Below are positions 1 through 11,994 of a stretch of DNA of 64,000 bases, piece after piece. Source of the stretch: Laetmonice hystrix (Eukaryota); the NCBI GenBank assembly GCA_965235115.1, contig OZ249448.1, positions 13,578,001 through 13,642,000 of the forward strand, in the 5' to 3' direction. Each line of letters begins with the position of its first letter. Position 1 is the stretch's first letter. Position numbers and translations under genes: made by a program. A model generated the notes under the pieces. The model ran no database searches and was not told where the DNA came from. It worked only from the letters and a program-made list of their open reading frames with translations.

Positions 1-738
1 CCGTCAAGATTTCTGCGTCAAGCGGAAAACTTCTTGTATCGAGTTTTTTTAGTCTGTTGATTCAAACTGACGTAAAATTGTGGACTCGATTACTGGATAA
101 AGTTTTTCACTAGGGGGAGGGGGGGGGGGGGGTAGTGGTTCTGAACATGACCCAATAGCAGAGAAACTTCGAAACGTTGCTATGGGACGGCGTAACCAAC
201 ATCGATGTTTTCCGAATGAGTACAATGGGCAGTCCGATGTCCTCAGGGTCCTTCACTGTATTATCCTGTGACCCCTTACTGCCTCGATCACATCTAGATT
301 GTCCTATCTTGTCCGATGTCGTTTCAGTCTCGTTTTGTCTGGACAGAGGTCCCCAAAACTCCGTCTCATCTTTCCACGGTGATGATGGGGCGGGGTGGGG
401 GGTGGGGGGTGGGGGTGGGGAAGGGGGGGTGCATTCTCCGCTCCGCGCCAAACACTTACACGCTCAATCCAAACATTGGCATTCGACTGCTTTTACATCC
501 CAGTGTTTAGTACTGAAATCAATGGAGGCGCTCTGTGTTTTTATTTCTTCAAAGGACCGGCCATTAGAGATTGCCCAAACTCAATGATCATGTCGAGCAA
601 TCCTTGATCTCTGAGCACGTGTAGCAGACAAGGTGTGCCTCGTGTACATACATGCATGCCAATAGGCCCCAGTCCTCTGTTGCTATTGGTGCTGATTGAG
701 ATCAAAGTGATTCAGAAAACTTCCAGATGTTGTCAATC

Positions 739-1106
739 ACACAAGGGATAGTGATGACACCGTCTTTTCCTGTATGTAGTGTCAAACAGAAGACTTCTTT
801 GTAATGCTTCTTATGCAAGTTAAAATGAAAATTCATAAACATCCGTTTTTCTAAAAAAGAACCAGAAATGACACTTTTAAAAGGTAGATAACGAAAAAGA
901 GGAATTGGTATTCAGATTTCTGTGGTAATTAGTCACAGAACGCCTCCTCGATCTGCTACAACATTTATAAGATATTGTCGGAAAGTTTCGTTTATTCTAA
1001 GCCAACCTGGAGGTCCCCCTGACATATACCTACGAAAAAAAAACAAGAAATTCTTCTGTTTGACGTTACATACAGGAAAAGACGGTGTCATCCCTATCCC
1101 TTGTGT
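739..1106. mobile_element. Foldback/MITE-like element with about 55-bp terminal inverted repeats
   Basis: 739-793 (ACACAAGGGATAGTGATGACACCGTCTTTTCCTGTATGTAGTGTCAAACAGAAGA) is the reverse complement of 1052-1106, with 3 mismatches. No ORF. No target-site duplication recognised. Confidence 0.75.
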
Positions 1107-3226
1107 TACATGGTTACATTACATTGGGAGATTGTAATTTAGGACTTTCGTACCTCAACTTTATCCAAGAATATGAAAACTAGTTATCTCCACCAAGTCT
1201 CCATTGGTAGGGCGTTAAATATGAGGCATCGTTTATGACCTTTGCCATTGACAATTAGGTCAAATCAAAGTCAGCTTTACTGGACTGCAATATTACTGTA
1301 ACGGTACACCAACTGTACTCTGCCACTTTCCTTATCAATGTCGCCTTTGATATATTAAGTCTGACTGTGTCAGCAGCACTAAAAGTATGCAATGAAATCG
1401 CCCACAGCCATGTGGTAAAGTGTAAATTGCCTGTAGTGTCTAGAAGTTCGATTGTAGAATCTGATGTGTGTTCTTTGAATCCACATCATATCCTTTTATC
1501 CGGTATACACTAGCAACTTTTCACCACTGAACTGTACCACTTCTGTGGAAGTACTCGATTGGAAATTACAACAGGTACAGCGCGAGTGTGATGATCAAAG
1601 TTCGCAAATAATCGCGATCTAGTATGATCCAAAGGCGCACTGAAAGATGTTACTACAATGGTCAGGTATTTATTGAAGTGCACCTAAAGTTTACGGCTGT
1701 TGGCAGTTGCGAGTGCCTGCTTAATTGCGAGTTGCCTCATCACACGATTGTTTTCGTTATGTTTTCCATTTTCCTCTTTGGGCGCATTCAATGAGTGGAA
1801 GAGTTAGGGAGCGGGGAGCTGGCGTGGGGATCGATGTGAGCACATTATACTGGGCCCGCTTACAAAGGGCATGTCAATGTATTGTATTAATCTGATCATC
1901 TACACGCATTAACCAATCCATGGGGCACGAATGGCCAGGTGATCTCTCCAACAGAGCACGATCCAGTCACACTGCGCGCCAATACTACAACATCGCCCGG
2001 TGCATACCGAGTCCTTGGGGCACATCGCTCATGGTTAGGCCCAGTGAAATTAATAACAACGGAAAAATATTACAGAAGAAACTGCTCGTACATGTAAACT
2101 ATTTCAGTGATTACATTATGAACACGTATTGATATTCAGAAATCAGTTTAGGAATCATTGCATTTTGTCCAATTCTTTCAAGAATTATCATAAAATCCGA
2201 CAAAAGTTGCAGTTTTGAAATACCGACGCTTCCTTTTTAACATGATTCCCGGTTTATGTTAACTGTCTGCTGATGCAACTTGTGTACGTTTCTTACCAAT
2301 ATGGCATACATAATGAAACCGTCGTCGTGACGATTTCATAGTGTTTGAAGTTCAGTGATGGCATAATGATTGCTATGACAAATTACCTGAGTAACCTACT
2401 CTGGTTTGTGTCTCTGCCATGTCGGGGTTCAGAATTTCATACATAATGTACGGTACATAATTAATCAGACACAGGCGTAATGGCGGCTAACTCGGGTAGA
2501 CAGCCCATCCCAGTCTCAGCAAACACTTAATATGGTTCCCATATAATCATAAACAAGTTTGCTAAAACTTGGACACCACTGGTTCACGCCAGCATGGATC
2601 CATGCAATCATGTAGATACACTGAGGGGTTGAGAAGACAGTCTGGTTTGTGTTAAACGCACTCCAAGGGTTTATATGTTGCATGACCCCAGGACGATGAC
2701 GAGCTACTCCTACACATGGCGTAGTTCTGAGTACGGATTGATTGATCGCACAATGATAAGAACATCGGTCAAATGCTGGCGGCAACTGGCGCAACAATGT
2801 ACCCAACTCGTTTTGATCGGCAGCGTTCCAATGACTTTCAAATGATGAAGGTCAACTTCGTCATAACGAACTGGGTTCTTCCTGTGAGGCTCACTCCCCC
2901 CTAAAAAAGTTTATGTTACATCGAAACAAATATCTGTATCGGGCAAAAATTGTTATAAGGCAACTACATTACCAGCTGGAAAGTGTCCAGACTCAGCGGT
3001 GCTAGAGCGGAGGGGTCGGTGGAACACCCGCCCACCCCACCCCCAATTTTGCTTGTTACACCATGAAAATCATGTAGGGTTATTGTTTAACCTACCACCT
3101 TTCAACAGCTACTACTGACCCCCTATGAATTTGCGATTTCCTTTTTGGAGTTTTATGTGTTCTTTCAAATTATCTTTTGTAATGGTCGTATCCCTTAGTC
3201 ATATCCATAGTATCTCAAATGGTAGC

Positions 3227-3694
3227 NNNNNNNNNNNNNNNNNNNNNNNNNNNNNNNNNNNNNNNNNNNNNNNNNNNNNNNNNNNNNNNNNNNNNNNNNN
3301 NNNNNNNNNNNNNNNNNNNNNNNNNNNNNNNNNNNNNNNNNNNNNNNNNNNNNNNNNNNNNNNNNNNNNNNNNNNNNNNNNNNNNNNNNNNNNNNNNNNN
3401 NNNNNNNNNNNNNNNNNNNNNNNNNNNNNNNNNNNNNNNNNNNNNNNNNNNNNNNNNNNNNNNNNNNNNNNNNNNNNNNNNNNNNNNNNNNNNNNNNNNN
3501 NNNNNNNNNNNNNNNNNNNNNNNNNNNNNNNNNNNNNNNNNNNNNNNNNNNNNNNNNNNNNNNNNNNNNNNNNNNNNNNNNNNNNNNNNNNNNNNNNNNN
3601 NNNNNNNNNNNNNNNNNNNNNNNNNNNNNNNNNNNNNNNNNNNNNNNNNNNNNNNNNNNNNNNNNNNNNNNNNNNNNNNNNNNNNNNNNNNNNN
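3227..3694. other. Assembly gap (468 N)
   Basis: Run of N. The four X-filled ORFs across it are artefacts. Confidence 1.
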
Positions 3695-6600
3695 TCTATC
3701 ATGTGGGACGTTCTCAGCGCCAATGTTGGCGGAGGGGATGTGATAAACGAACGGAGATACAACAAATATTATTATCCATTCCGCCAACGACACAAGATGA
3801 CAATATGACCGGTGGTGACCCTGTAAGAAATCAATTTTATCCGATGTATGAAACTGGAATCAATTCTGATAGAACTTGAACTCGGGAGTCTTCACCGTCA
3901 TCGCGATACTGTCACGTCGCCAAGTTCGTCTGCACGTTCGCGCCATCATTTATTCATTTACTTATCTATTCATTTATTCCTTCATTTATTAAAAGTCGAT
4001 TACAACTAGGTTTTCTCACACGCCTCTCAGTGCAGATGAACTATTCGGAATGCAGGCATGCCACGGTAAGTGATCAAGCGGCATATCTATCATTTAGCTG
4101 AATTTAGGTATTAAAAAAAGGGCGCAGGGTACATTGTAAGTTCTGTTCTCCACTCAACACGCAAATATTCCCTCAACCTAACCGTTTGGATTCCTCTGGG
4201 TTGGTACCTCTGCTAAACGGACAGCATCTAAATATTGTGAGAAATCAGCTCGGCTGACCGTCATGCCCTGTCTCTGGACACAAACATCTAAGTTCAGATC
4301 TTCAACTTCTCCGTAAATACCCCTCAACTGGAGACTCTGTACAAGTTTCCAGCCTCGACAGATGGGAACGATCGGAATTGCTGCTATTTCACATGGAAGT
4401 ACACTTCCTATCATCTTTTTAAATGGGACTGCTGATTTGGCACACACATTTCTGATCCCTCTACATCAGGCCAGGGAGAACATTGCGATTATTGACAGCT
4501 GCGGGTTGGAACCTTTCACCCGACCCCCCTGCACAAGAAATAAACCCCCTTCAGCCTTCCTTTGAAAATTAACATGGCTGATGATACATGAAGTGATCCA
4601 AGAAAAAGAAAACATGTGACGCCGTCGTCCCGTTCCATGGCGCGGTTTTTGTGAGGTAATTAAGCAGAAGCTTACAGATGCATGACTGCTCCTGACCCTC
4701 ATGTCACACATCATCTGTTACCGTCTGATCACCAAACAACCACAGTCACAACCATTGACACGAATCTCAGCACGGATTTCACTCAGCCGTCATGTCTTAA
4801 ACAGTCGTGAATAAACGAAAAGGATGAAGTAATTCTCCAATATCAACTCCTCCTCACAACACTGCCGCAGTCTGCCGACTTCTTGCCTCATTTACATGTA
4901 AACATAACGGCAATGCACCTATAATGGCAGGAAGCAGATTCTCGTCTTTTTCTAATTTAATTAATATAAGCAGGGGTTAGCACAATATAAACATTTTCCT
5001 TAGAAAATTAAAGACTTTGAGGACATTACCTCGTGGATGTTTCTTAGGTTGGCACTTCAACTCCACACTAATAATCTCTTGCGGAAACAATCACTGGATG
5101 CGACGATAGGAAGAAAAAGAACCTTAGATAATTTGTATTCATTGTACATGAGAAAATGTTTCATCTCTGCTCAATTTCATCAAGCTCTTTCTTCACAAAG
5201 CTTCCTCGTCTTGCTTCTTAACACATATGTTAAATTTCTCAGGTACGCCTGAGTTGATGAACGCCTTCCGATGAAAGTTTTCTTTCTAAAGACTTTGTTG
5301 GTAGGAGGCGTTCTCATCCACCAACGATAACAAAAAGTGGACCCTAAGTACCTAACAACCACGTCTTCTGCCTCCTTACTCGCATCCTTTTCGTCCTTTT
5401 ATCTGAGCAGACAAGTTTACCGAGAGGATAGTACACCGTTCTCACTACACAATACAACATTTTGTGGCAGGTTTTCAAACGTGAAAATCCAAAAGGATTT
5501 CATCATGACGCGTAGATTTATGTGTCCTTGAGTTGTCATTTAGCTGACCATGCCATCATTTGTGAGGAGAAATCAGACACAATCAGTACAACAGCTGCAC
5601 TACAAGGGACCGCTAACTTTGACATCATCAATTAGCCATGCAATAATTTTATCTCACTGTCAAAATGCAAACGTTTCCACTGGACATGACGTCGAGCATC
5701 GCTTGACTTGAATGCCGATGTAATTAAACCTCCATAAGGATGTTAAAGTATATAAATCACAAGACAGTTGGCCGATTATTGTTCAATTAAAACATCCTGC
5801 TGCATTCAAGTCGTGCTTTTTTCACTGATACGTTTGAACTTTACTCTGATCCACTCTCAAATAATTCATTTTGGCAAAGCACGTTTTCTTAAGCTCTTCA
5901 CCCCATTGGATTGAAATTGTAAGGAGGTTTTGGATTTCAACCCGAAATCTTAACCTGTACTCGGTGCTGGCGACAATCTCCTGCGTGCAGTTTACCAATT
6001 ACAAACTCCAACTTATTTAAACCCTAATAATCCTCTCAATCTGCCGCCATAGATCATACACACTAATCAAATCATTCACTTACCGAATCTCAATTGTTAT
6101 TACCGGGGTTTTAAGCTTAATTAAAGAGTGGTTAATGATTTTTGCAATGCAGCTTTTAACGAGATTGATGCGACACTCACAAATAATTTACTAGTGGCTG
6201 GCTGACGACGGTTCCGGGAGAAACTGGTCGGTTTAATGGCTGTATTAGGTGGCGAGCGCTGCTATCCAGTCAGAAATTCTGCCAGAGTCTCGCAACCATC
6301 CAACTGTTATTATAAAGAGGGTGAATATATAAGGAAGCATGATTAGCTGGTCACGGCAGAACAGATTGTCAGATGTCTTGAGCTTCAGCAAGAACTCAAG
6401 TTTTGAAAATGCTTCAAACTGAAGCAAGAACTTAGATTTATGCTGCAGGAATCCTGCTCGCCCCCCGTTCTGTATGCTTGACGACCAACTTAAGGTCAAC
6501 TGGCAAGAACAGATTCTCCTTCGCAACAGTCCAGTTTTTTCTCTCCTCAAATTAGGGAATTCTGTGTGCGGTCATTTCAAAACTTCAATTAAGCGTAAAT

Positions 6601-7175
6601 GTTAAGAGGGCAAAAGGTTAAAAACGCATAATGAATCTTTAACACTGGATGCATATTCAGGCAGTGTGCGTGTGTGTGCGGGGGGGGGGGGGGGGCGTAA
6701 AAAATTGTAGGGTACCCAAGGCTGTTTTTGTCCCTGGATCCCTCGAGCTGAATAGTTTGTATAATGAAAGGGGGGGGGGGGGGCGCTCTAAACTTAAGTG
6801 TCCGGACAGGGGATTTCTACCCCCTGCCTCCCGAACTCTCCCCTCCCGTGCCAGTACTGTACCTGTCCCATGGATCGACCTAACAACCCCCCACCCCACC
6901 CCCAGCCTCGCATCTTATTGATAAAATAATTAGTACACACTCCGATTCCGCCAACTAATCAATCTACGGAGGTTGACGCAGCGCATCGCACGGTGTCAAA
7001 CGTGACAGCGTCCCGATCATCGGGTCATACGATCTCTGCAGACATTCTCATCATCGCAAACCATACCCTCCCCCCCACCCGCCGGATGGCAGGCCTGCAA
7101 AACAATGACGGCTTCTTATAGACAGGCCATGTTAAAAGTTTCTCTCAACTTCTGTTCTGACGGCCAGTCGATAGA

Positions 7176-7476
7176 CCGGGTTTCCGCCAGAGGGTAAAAT
7201 GGGTAGAATTCCGTACCCTAAAATTTTTCCAGGGTACGGATCCGTACCCTCAAAATCGTTGGGTAAACATTTTTTCATGAAGTGATAAAAACCTCCTGAT
7301 GATGCCTTGAGCGACTTGAAGGAATCAAATATAATGTTGTACAGTATATGCAGTCTTTATTTGATTAATTCACATATTTGTAACATCAGTTAGGGTTAGG
7401 GTTAGGCTAACCCTAACTCTAACCCTAACCCCTCCTCTGGTCCGTACCCTAAGTTTTTTTTCTGGCGGAAACCCTG
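7176..7476. mobile_element. 301-bp MITE with C(C/A)GGGTTTCCGCCAGA terminal inverted repeats
   Basis: TIRs at 7176-7191 and 7461-7476, flanking direct repeat ATAGA (7171-7175 and 7477-7481), subterminal CCGTACCCT repeats, and an internal inverted (TTAGGG)n/(CCCTAA)n block. Confidence 0.8.
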
Positions 7477-8182
7477 ATAGACAGTATTTGGTATCTCCCC
7501 TCGGTTGTGTTGATATGGTCACAGAGCAGACGAACCAATGACCAAACACTTTCAGTCTCATTTAATGGTGACAAAGGTGTTGGCACAGCTCGTTCATACC
7601 TGGCCTATATATCAATGCCTTGAAGTCCTGCCAAATTATTGCACTTTCGGATCTATTCGTGGATACATCACATTGGTGTTGCTCTTTCAGGCATTAACAG
7701 TGCTCTTAGAATCTCAAGTGAACCAATCAATTCAGTGAAATTAGTAGCAATAACGGTAATACTGATAACGGATATTGCCGTTTTATTTTCTAACGAGAAG
7801 ATAACGATCTCATACTGCAGTGATGTATCAAAGAGTTGTATTTCGTTACAGTTTCGTTAACAAGCAGCAAAGTTCTGAGATCCTCATAACAAAACACACT
7901 GCATTCAGACAGAACCCAGATGCAACTCCAGACAAGATGGCTTTGGGGGCGTTTTGAATCCTCGATCAGAATATATAAGACAAAGATTACCCAGGTCTCT
8001 ATACACACTTCAATACTTAACCAGGAAGAGGTTACATCAGCCACATTCCCACATTTTACAACATGATTGGAGAACCCGTCCACTCCCACTCGATATTTCG
8101 GACCAATAGCTACCGTGCTCTTGGCAAACTGGGGAGACTTTGTCCCAATGCCGCCCTGCGGGGGACACGTTGGTGAACTCAC

Positions 8183-8354
8183 CTTTATGTAACCGAATTG
8201 GGCAGGAAAAGTCGTCTGCAATGACCTCATCCGTCTCCACGGCCACCGTTGTCAGAGACAACTCGAGTTCAATGCTCTCGAAGACGTAGAGCGATGTCTC
8301 GGTTGGTATCTCATACAGTCCAGATGTACTGGTGGGCATGTTCCATATCTCTGA
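8183..8354 (-). CDS. NUP88: Nup88 coding exon 6 (SEIWNMPT...SLYVFESIELELSL...DDFSCPIRLHK)
   Basis: Acceptor ttgcag|, donor AAG|GTGAGT, 172 nt. Matches human SLYVFECVELELAL...DSDFSCPVKLHR (recalled). The gene continues leftward, but later exons were not located. Confidence 0.95.
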
Positions 8355-8692
8355 CTGCAACGTACAGAAAAAAACAATCCACTTATAAATACCATACTTC
8401 TCCTACAATCACATTAAGACCGTACAATTAAACTTTTTGTCATTGTAGCGGCATCTGTTTATAGATTTCTGAATGTGAACAATCATGATGTCCTTCACTT
8501 TCCATACAAAAATTACGAGTACAGCAGAACAATTTGTTAAGAAATATGCACACACATGAAATATGAAATGGTTCCCACTCTCCTATACTAGAGAGTGACA
8601 GCCTGGAATTCTCTAACATACACTATGATTAGACATCGAATTCCGTAACTCTCTTGATGTTAACTTGATTAGATTGTGGGGCAGACACAGAC

Positions 8693-8879
8693 CACACTGT
8701 CGCAGTCATCCTCAGGTTTGGGCAGGGCCACACAGTGGTAGAGCTTGCCGGAACAGGTAGCGACCACGAGTACGGGAGGTGTTGTCTGTAGGCAGGCCAG
8801 GGAGCAGGCATCCGTGCCGTAATTATCCTCGGCCGGGGGGTGCATGGACAGGGGGGCACGTACACTGCTCTTTACCGGC
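8693..8879 (-). CDS. NUP88: Nup88 coding exon 5 ([62 protein letters not shown])
   Basis: Acceptor ccacag|. Completes a TG|G Trp codon from exon 4. 187 nt. Matches human [23 protein letters not shown]...ILVIATESGMLYHCVVL (recalled). The donor GTG|GTCTGT is weak and has an in-frame alternative 3 nt upstream. Confidence 0.93.
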
Positions 8880-10032
8880 CTGTGGGTAAAGTGTAAACTA
8901 TTATATTAAACATGATACATGTACTCATCATACTCCCGAGTTAAACAACTGTATAGCTGAAACAAAAACACCATAAATAACAGGCCGGCAGGAAGGCAGG
9001 GGACCTCTCCCGGAAAAATGTTAAAGTTGACTCCCCTGGGAAAGAATTTAATTTAGAAGGCTCAAAACGGTATTTTCCGGCATCTGAAGATCAAATTCTG
9101 ACTGAAATGGAGAGCCCTGCGGTGGTCTGGCCGTCCCAGGGAGCCCTATAAGAATTTAGGAGCATGATGTTGGGGGCATGGCGGAAAGATACTTCAGCCC
9201 CCACCCCCCACTTTTGAACAGGTGGGGGGGGGGGGGGGGGGGGGCTGCAGCCCCCTAACCCCCGGTTGCTACGCCTATGAATAAATAGGGGGAAAGCACT
9301 AATAAACAGGTGTCGAGCTGACTCTGAGGAACGTCTCCCCTCAGAGCAAGTTCTGTCATCGAACTTCTGGCCAGCAACCTTTACCTTTACGAAATGAAAT
9401 ACATGTAGTTTATTTCTTCACTTTCCATTTATATAACCTGATTTCCAAAATTTGCCAGTTTGTTTCTAGGTTAGCTGCTAATTTTATTCAATAAACTTTC
9501 GTGCCAATATCTTCTATGTAGACATATGTATATATTTTTTGGTATAAATGAGATTTCCCCCTGATCGAGACGAGGAAGGGGTTCTGTAAACGAAAGCTAC
9601 AGGAAATATCCCACCCACAGAACCCCTGTACGATCACGATCAAATTCACTTCCTCTACACACGACTAACTGCGGCGTCAAATCAAGGAAGTTTACACGCA
9701 AGAGCAGCTATCTCAAAAACAGTCTCGTGGTCGTGCCGCTCCATTTGTCAATCAGTTCAGCCGCCAGACGGCAGCACTGGGGACGCTCGCATAACGCACG
9801 TCACGTGACGTAACAGGAGAACGCTATCATGGCCAGTCCCCGCCTGCCCACCAACGATTACCACACAAAGACCCGGATATCTGGTGAAAGAAATGACCAT
9901 AGCCATCAGGTAACTTCCCTTGTCATACTTCCTCAATATACTGTATATAAAAACGGTTATCAATGACGAATATCAAACAGAATGCCGTTTACCTTTCCAG
10001 CACAAAAATAGCTTTATCTAGATAATTTATAT

Positions 10033-11994
10033 TAGGGTTGGGCAAATCCGGGTACTTTTTTTGAAACGAGTGTTTTTTATGGCCAAATTACCTGCTGAAT
10101 ACGAATATGACAATGGAATTTGCCTGCCAGAATGTTTTCGGTCGGTAAATTCGGAAAATCCAAAATGATGGCGAAAATCCGAGATTTTTTTCATCAGGAT
10201 TTTCATTTTCGACTCTACCATCATTCAAAATATGTCAAATAACAGGGGTTTCAGCTCGCTAAAATCAATTTTGAAATCCAAACCGCCGGAAAATGCACCA
10301 TGAACGAGTTAAAGCCATAATTAATGAATTTCCAAGAAAAAAAAATACTCGATAGACATCATTACATTCCATCAACTCCAAACCAGGTCCACATTTAGCT
10401 CAGAAAACTGAGCAAAAGTCCGTCAACGATCGGCGCAATGTCTGATTCCGGCTTTATCGCATTTCTGATGGACTGCTTGAATTCCGTGGTAGTGAATTTT
10501 TGCATTTTGTATATCCCGTCTATCTTTACTCTCCTCATTTTCCTGATTGCCAGAGCGATCGTACACCGGAGGAATTTGATTTCCGCTAGTAGCTGTTTAA
10601 CCGTTACTTCGTTTACCATATCCAGTGAACAGGCCTCCCAGCAGCCCTTGAAAAAAAAGTAGGATTCTACTCCAAAAAAGTAGGACCTCTAATCTTGGAA
10701 AAGTAGGAGAGTTATTTTTGAAAAACAATGTAATAGAGGGCTATTCTTACTTCGACATAGCCATGTACACACTGATGTATCAGACAAAAACTTCATGGTA
10801 TTATGTATACAACCATGAGCAGAAGGAATAAGCAGAAAGTGTCTAGTTTGTGGCCGTAGGTCACAACCCGAGGCCATTGGCCTCGGAGGGGGAGGATCAA
10901 GGGAGGGGGGCATCCCCCTCCCTTGGTAGGAAAATTTTAAAATGTTGACATTATGTGAGTGCATTTTGGTGGTATTTGAGAGGGATATAGGACCTTGTAT
11001 ATTACCTAACGTGCCTCGAAGGGTGAGGGGGAGGGTCAAGGGAGGGGAGCATCCCCCTCCCTTGGTAGGAACATTTGAAAATGTTGACATTGTTGACATT
11101 AGTGCATTTTGGTGGCATTTGAGAGGGATATTAAGGGTATATCACCTAAAATGGATTTGGACAAGTTTCACCCTAACCCCCCTATATATGCGTTTTTGAG
11201 ATCTCACCATATTTACATCGCACAAATTTCGAACCAGAAAAAGCGGAAACCCGCGAATCGTTACACATACTTATTTTTGACCGCATTATCAACCAATGAG
11301 AGAGCATTCCTGTATTTTACTCCTGCTGGGGATTTTTTCTGCAGCTAGTCCTACTGGGAAGTCCCTGGATTAATTATACCCCGTTATTAATTATATAATG
11401 TCCATTAAATGTGATGCTACCTTTTCCGATTTTTTAGTAGGACTTGGTTAGAAAAATAGGAAAAGTAGGACTGTGTGTAGGACGGGGTCTCAACAAGTAG
11501 AAAAGTAGGACGACTATAGAAGTACACCACGTCATCAAATGTTTTCTTCGCCCGTTTACTGAGCGTTATCTGTTGTTCCTCCTCTATTGCTATCATTTAA
11601 TTTGGAAATACACGAAAGAAAACACTTGACGAACGATGAATCCAAAGTAAATCCAAAGCCACCGAAAATATACCAAATACACGTCAAAAGCTGCCAAACT
11701 GCATTATGTAAAGAAACAATAGCTCCTACAAAGAATACAATGGTAAATTAGGTTTCTACGATCCTGAACACAGAAATCATTGCATATTAGGATTAATTGT
11801 GTATCATTCAATTGTGGTCGATGTCGAAAATTTGCGATTTTTGGCCGCCATTTTGTTTTTTGAGATTTACCGATCGAAAACATTATCGCAGCCCATTTTT
11901 GTCCCCGAATTCGTGTTCAGTGGACAATTTGGCCATAGAAAACACTCGTTTTCCTCGAATTTGTTGAAAAAAAGGCATTATTCGCCCAACCCTA
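10033..11994. mobile_element. About 1.96-kb non-autonomous DNA transposon with long imperfect TIRs (TAGGGTTGGGC...GCCCAACCCTA) and nested repeats
   Basis: Terminal 11-bp perfect inverted repeat, extending as an imperfect one over about 150 bp (e.g. AAACGAGTGTTTT(T/C)TATGGCCAAATT at both ends). Flanking direct repeat TTTATAT at 10026-10032 and 11995-12001. No intact transposase. Confidence 0.75.
10885..11131. repeat. Two direct copies of an about 105-bp segment inside the 10033-11994 element
   Basis: GCATCCCCCTCCCTTGGTAGGAA...AAAATGTTGACATT...GTGCATTTTGGTGG(T/C)ATTTGAGAGGGATA occurs at about 10885-10989 and 11024-11131. Confidence 0.8.

Noticed and set aside
2516-2806. Minus ORF with HRPGVMQHINPW, spaced like NUP88 [12 protein letters not shown]
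   Set aside because: Flanking residues do not match the conserved RYHC block and no fitting phase-1 acceptor was identified; probably coincidence.
3125-3808. ORFs of 174-227 aa
   Set aside because: They consist almost entirely of N-gap codons.
3940-5560. Possible degraded LINE/Penelope (minus-strand AATAAATGAA-type tail at about 3945-3995 and stop-riddled frames at 4180-5530)
   Set aside because: No RT or endonuclease motif could be recognised by eye; it needs a Dfam/tblastx search.
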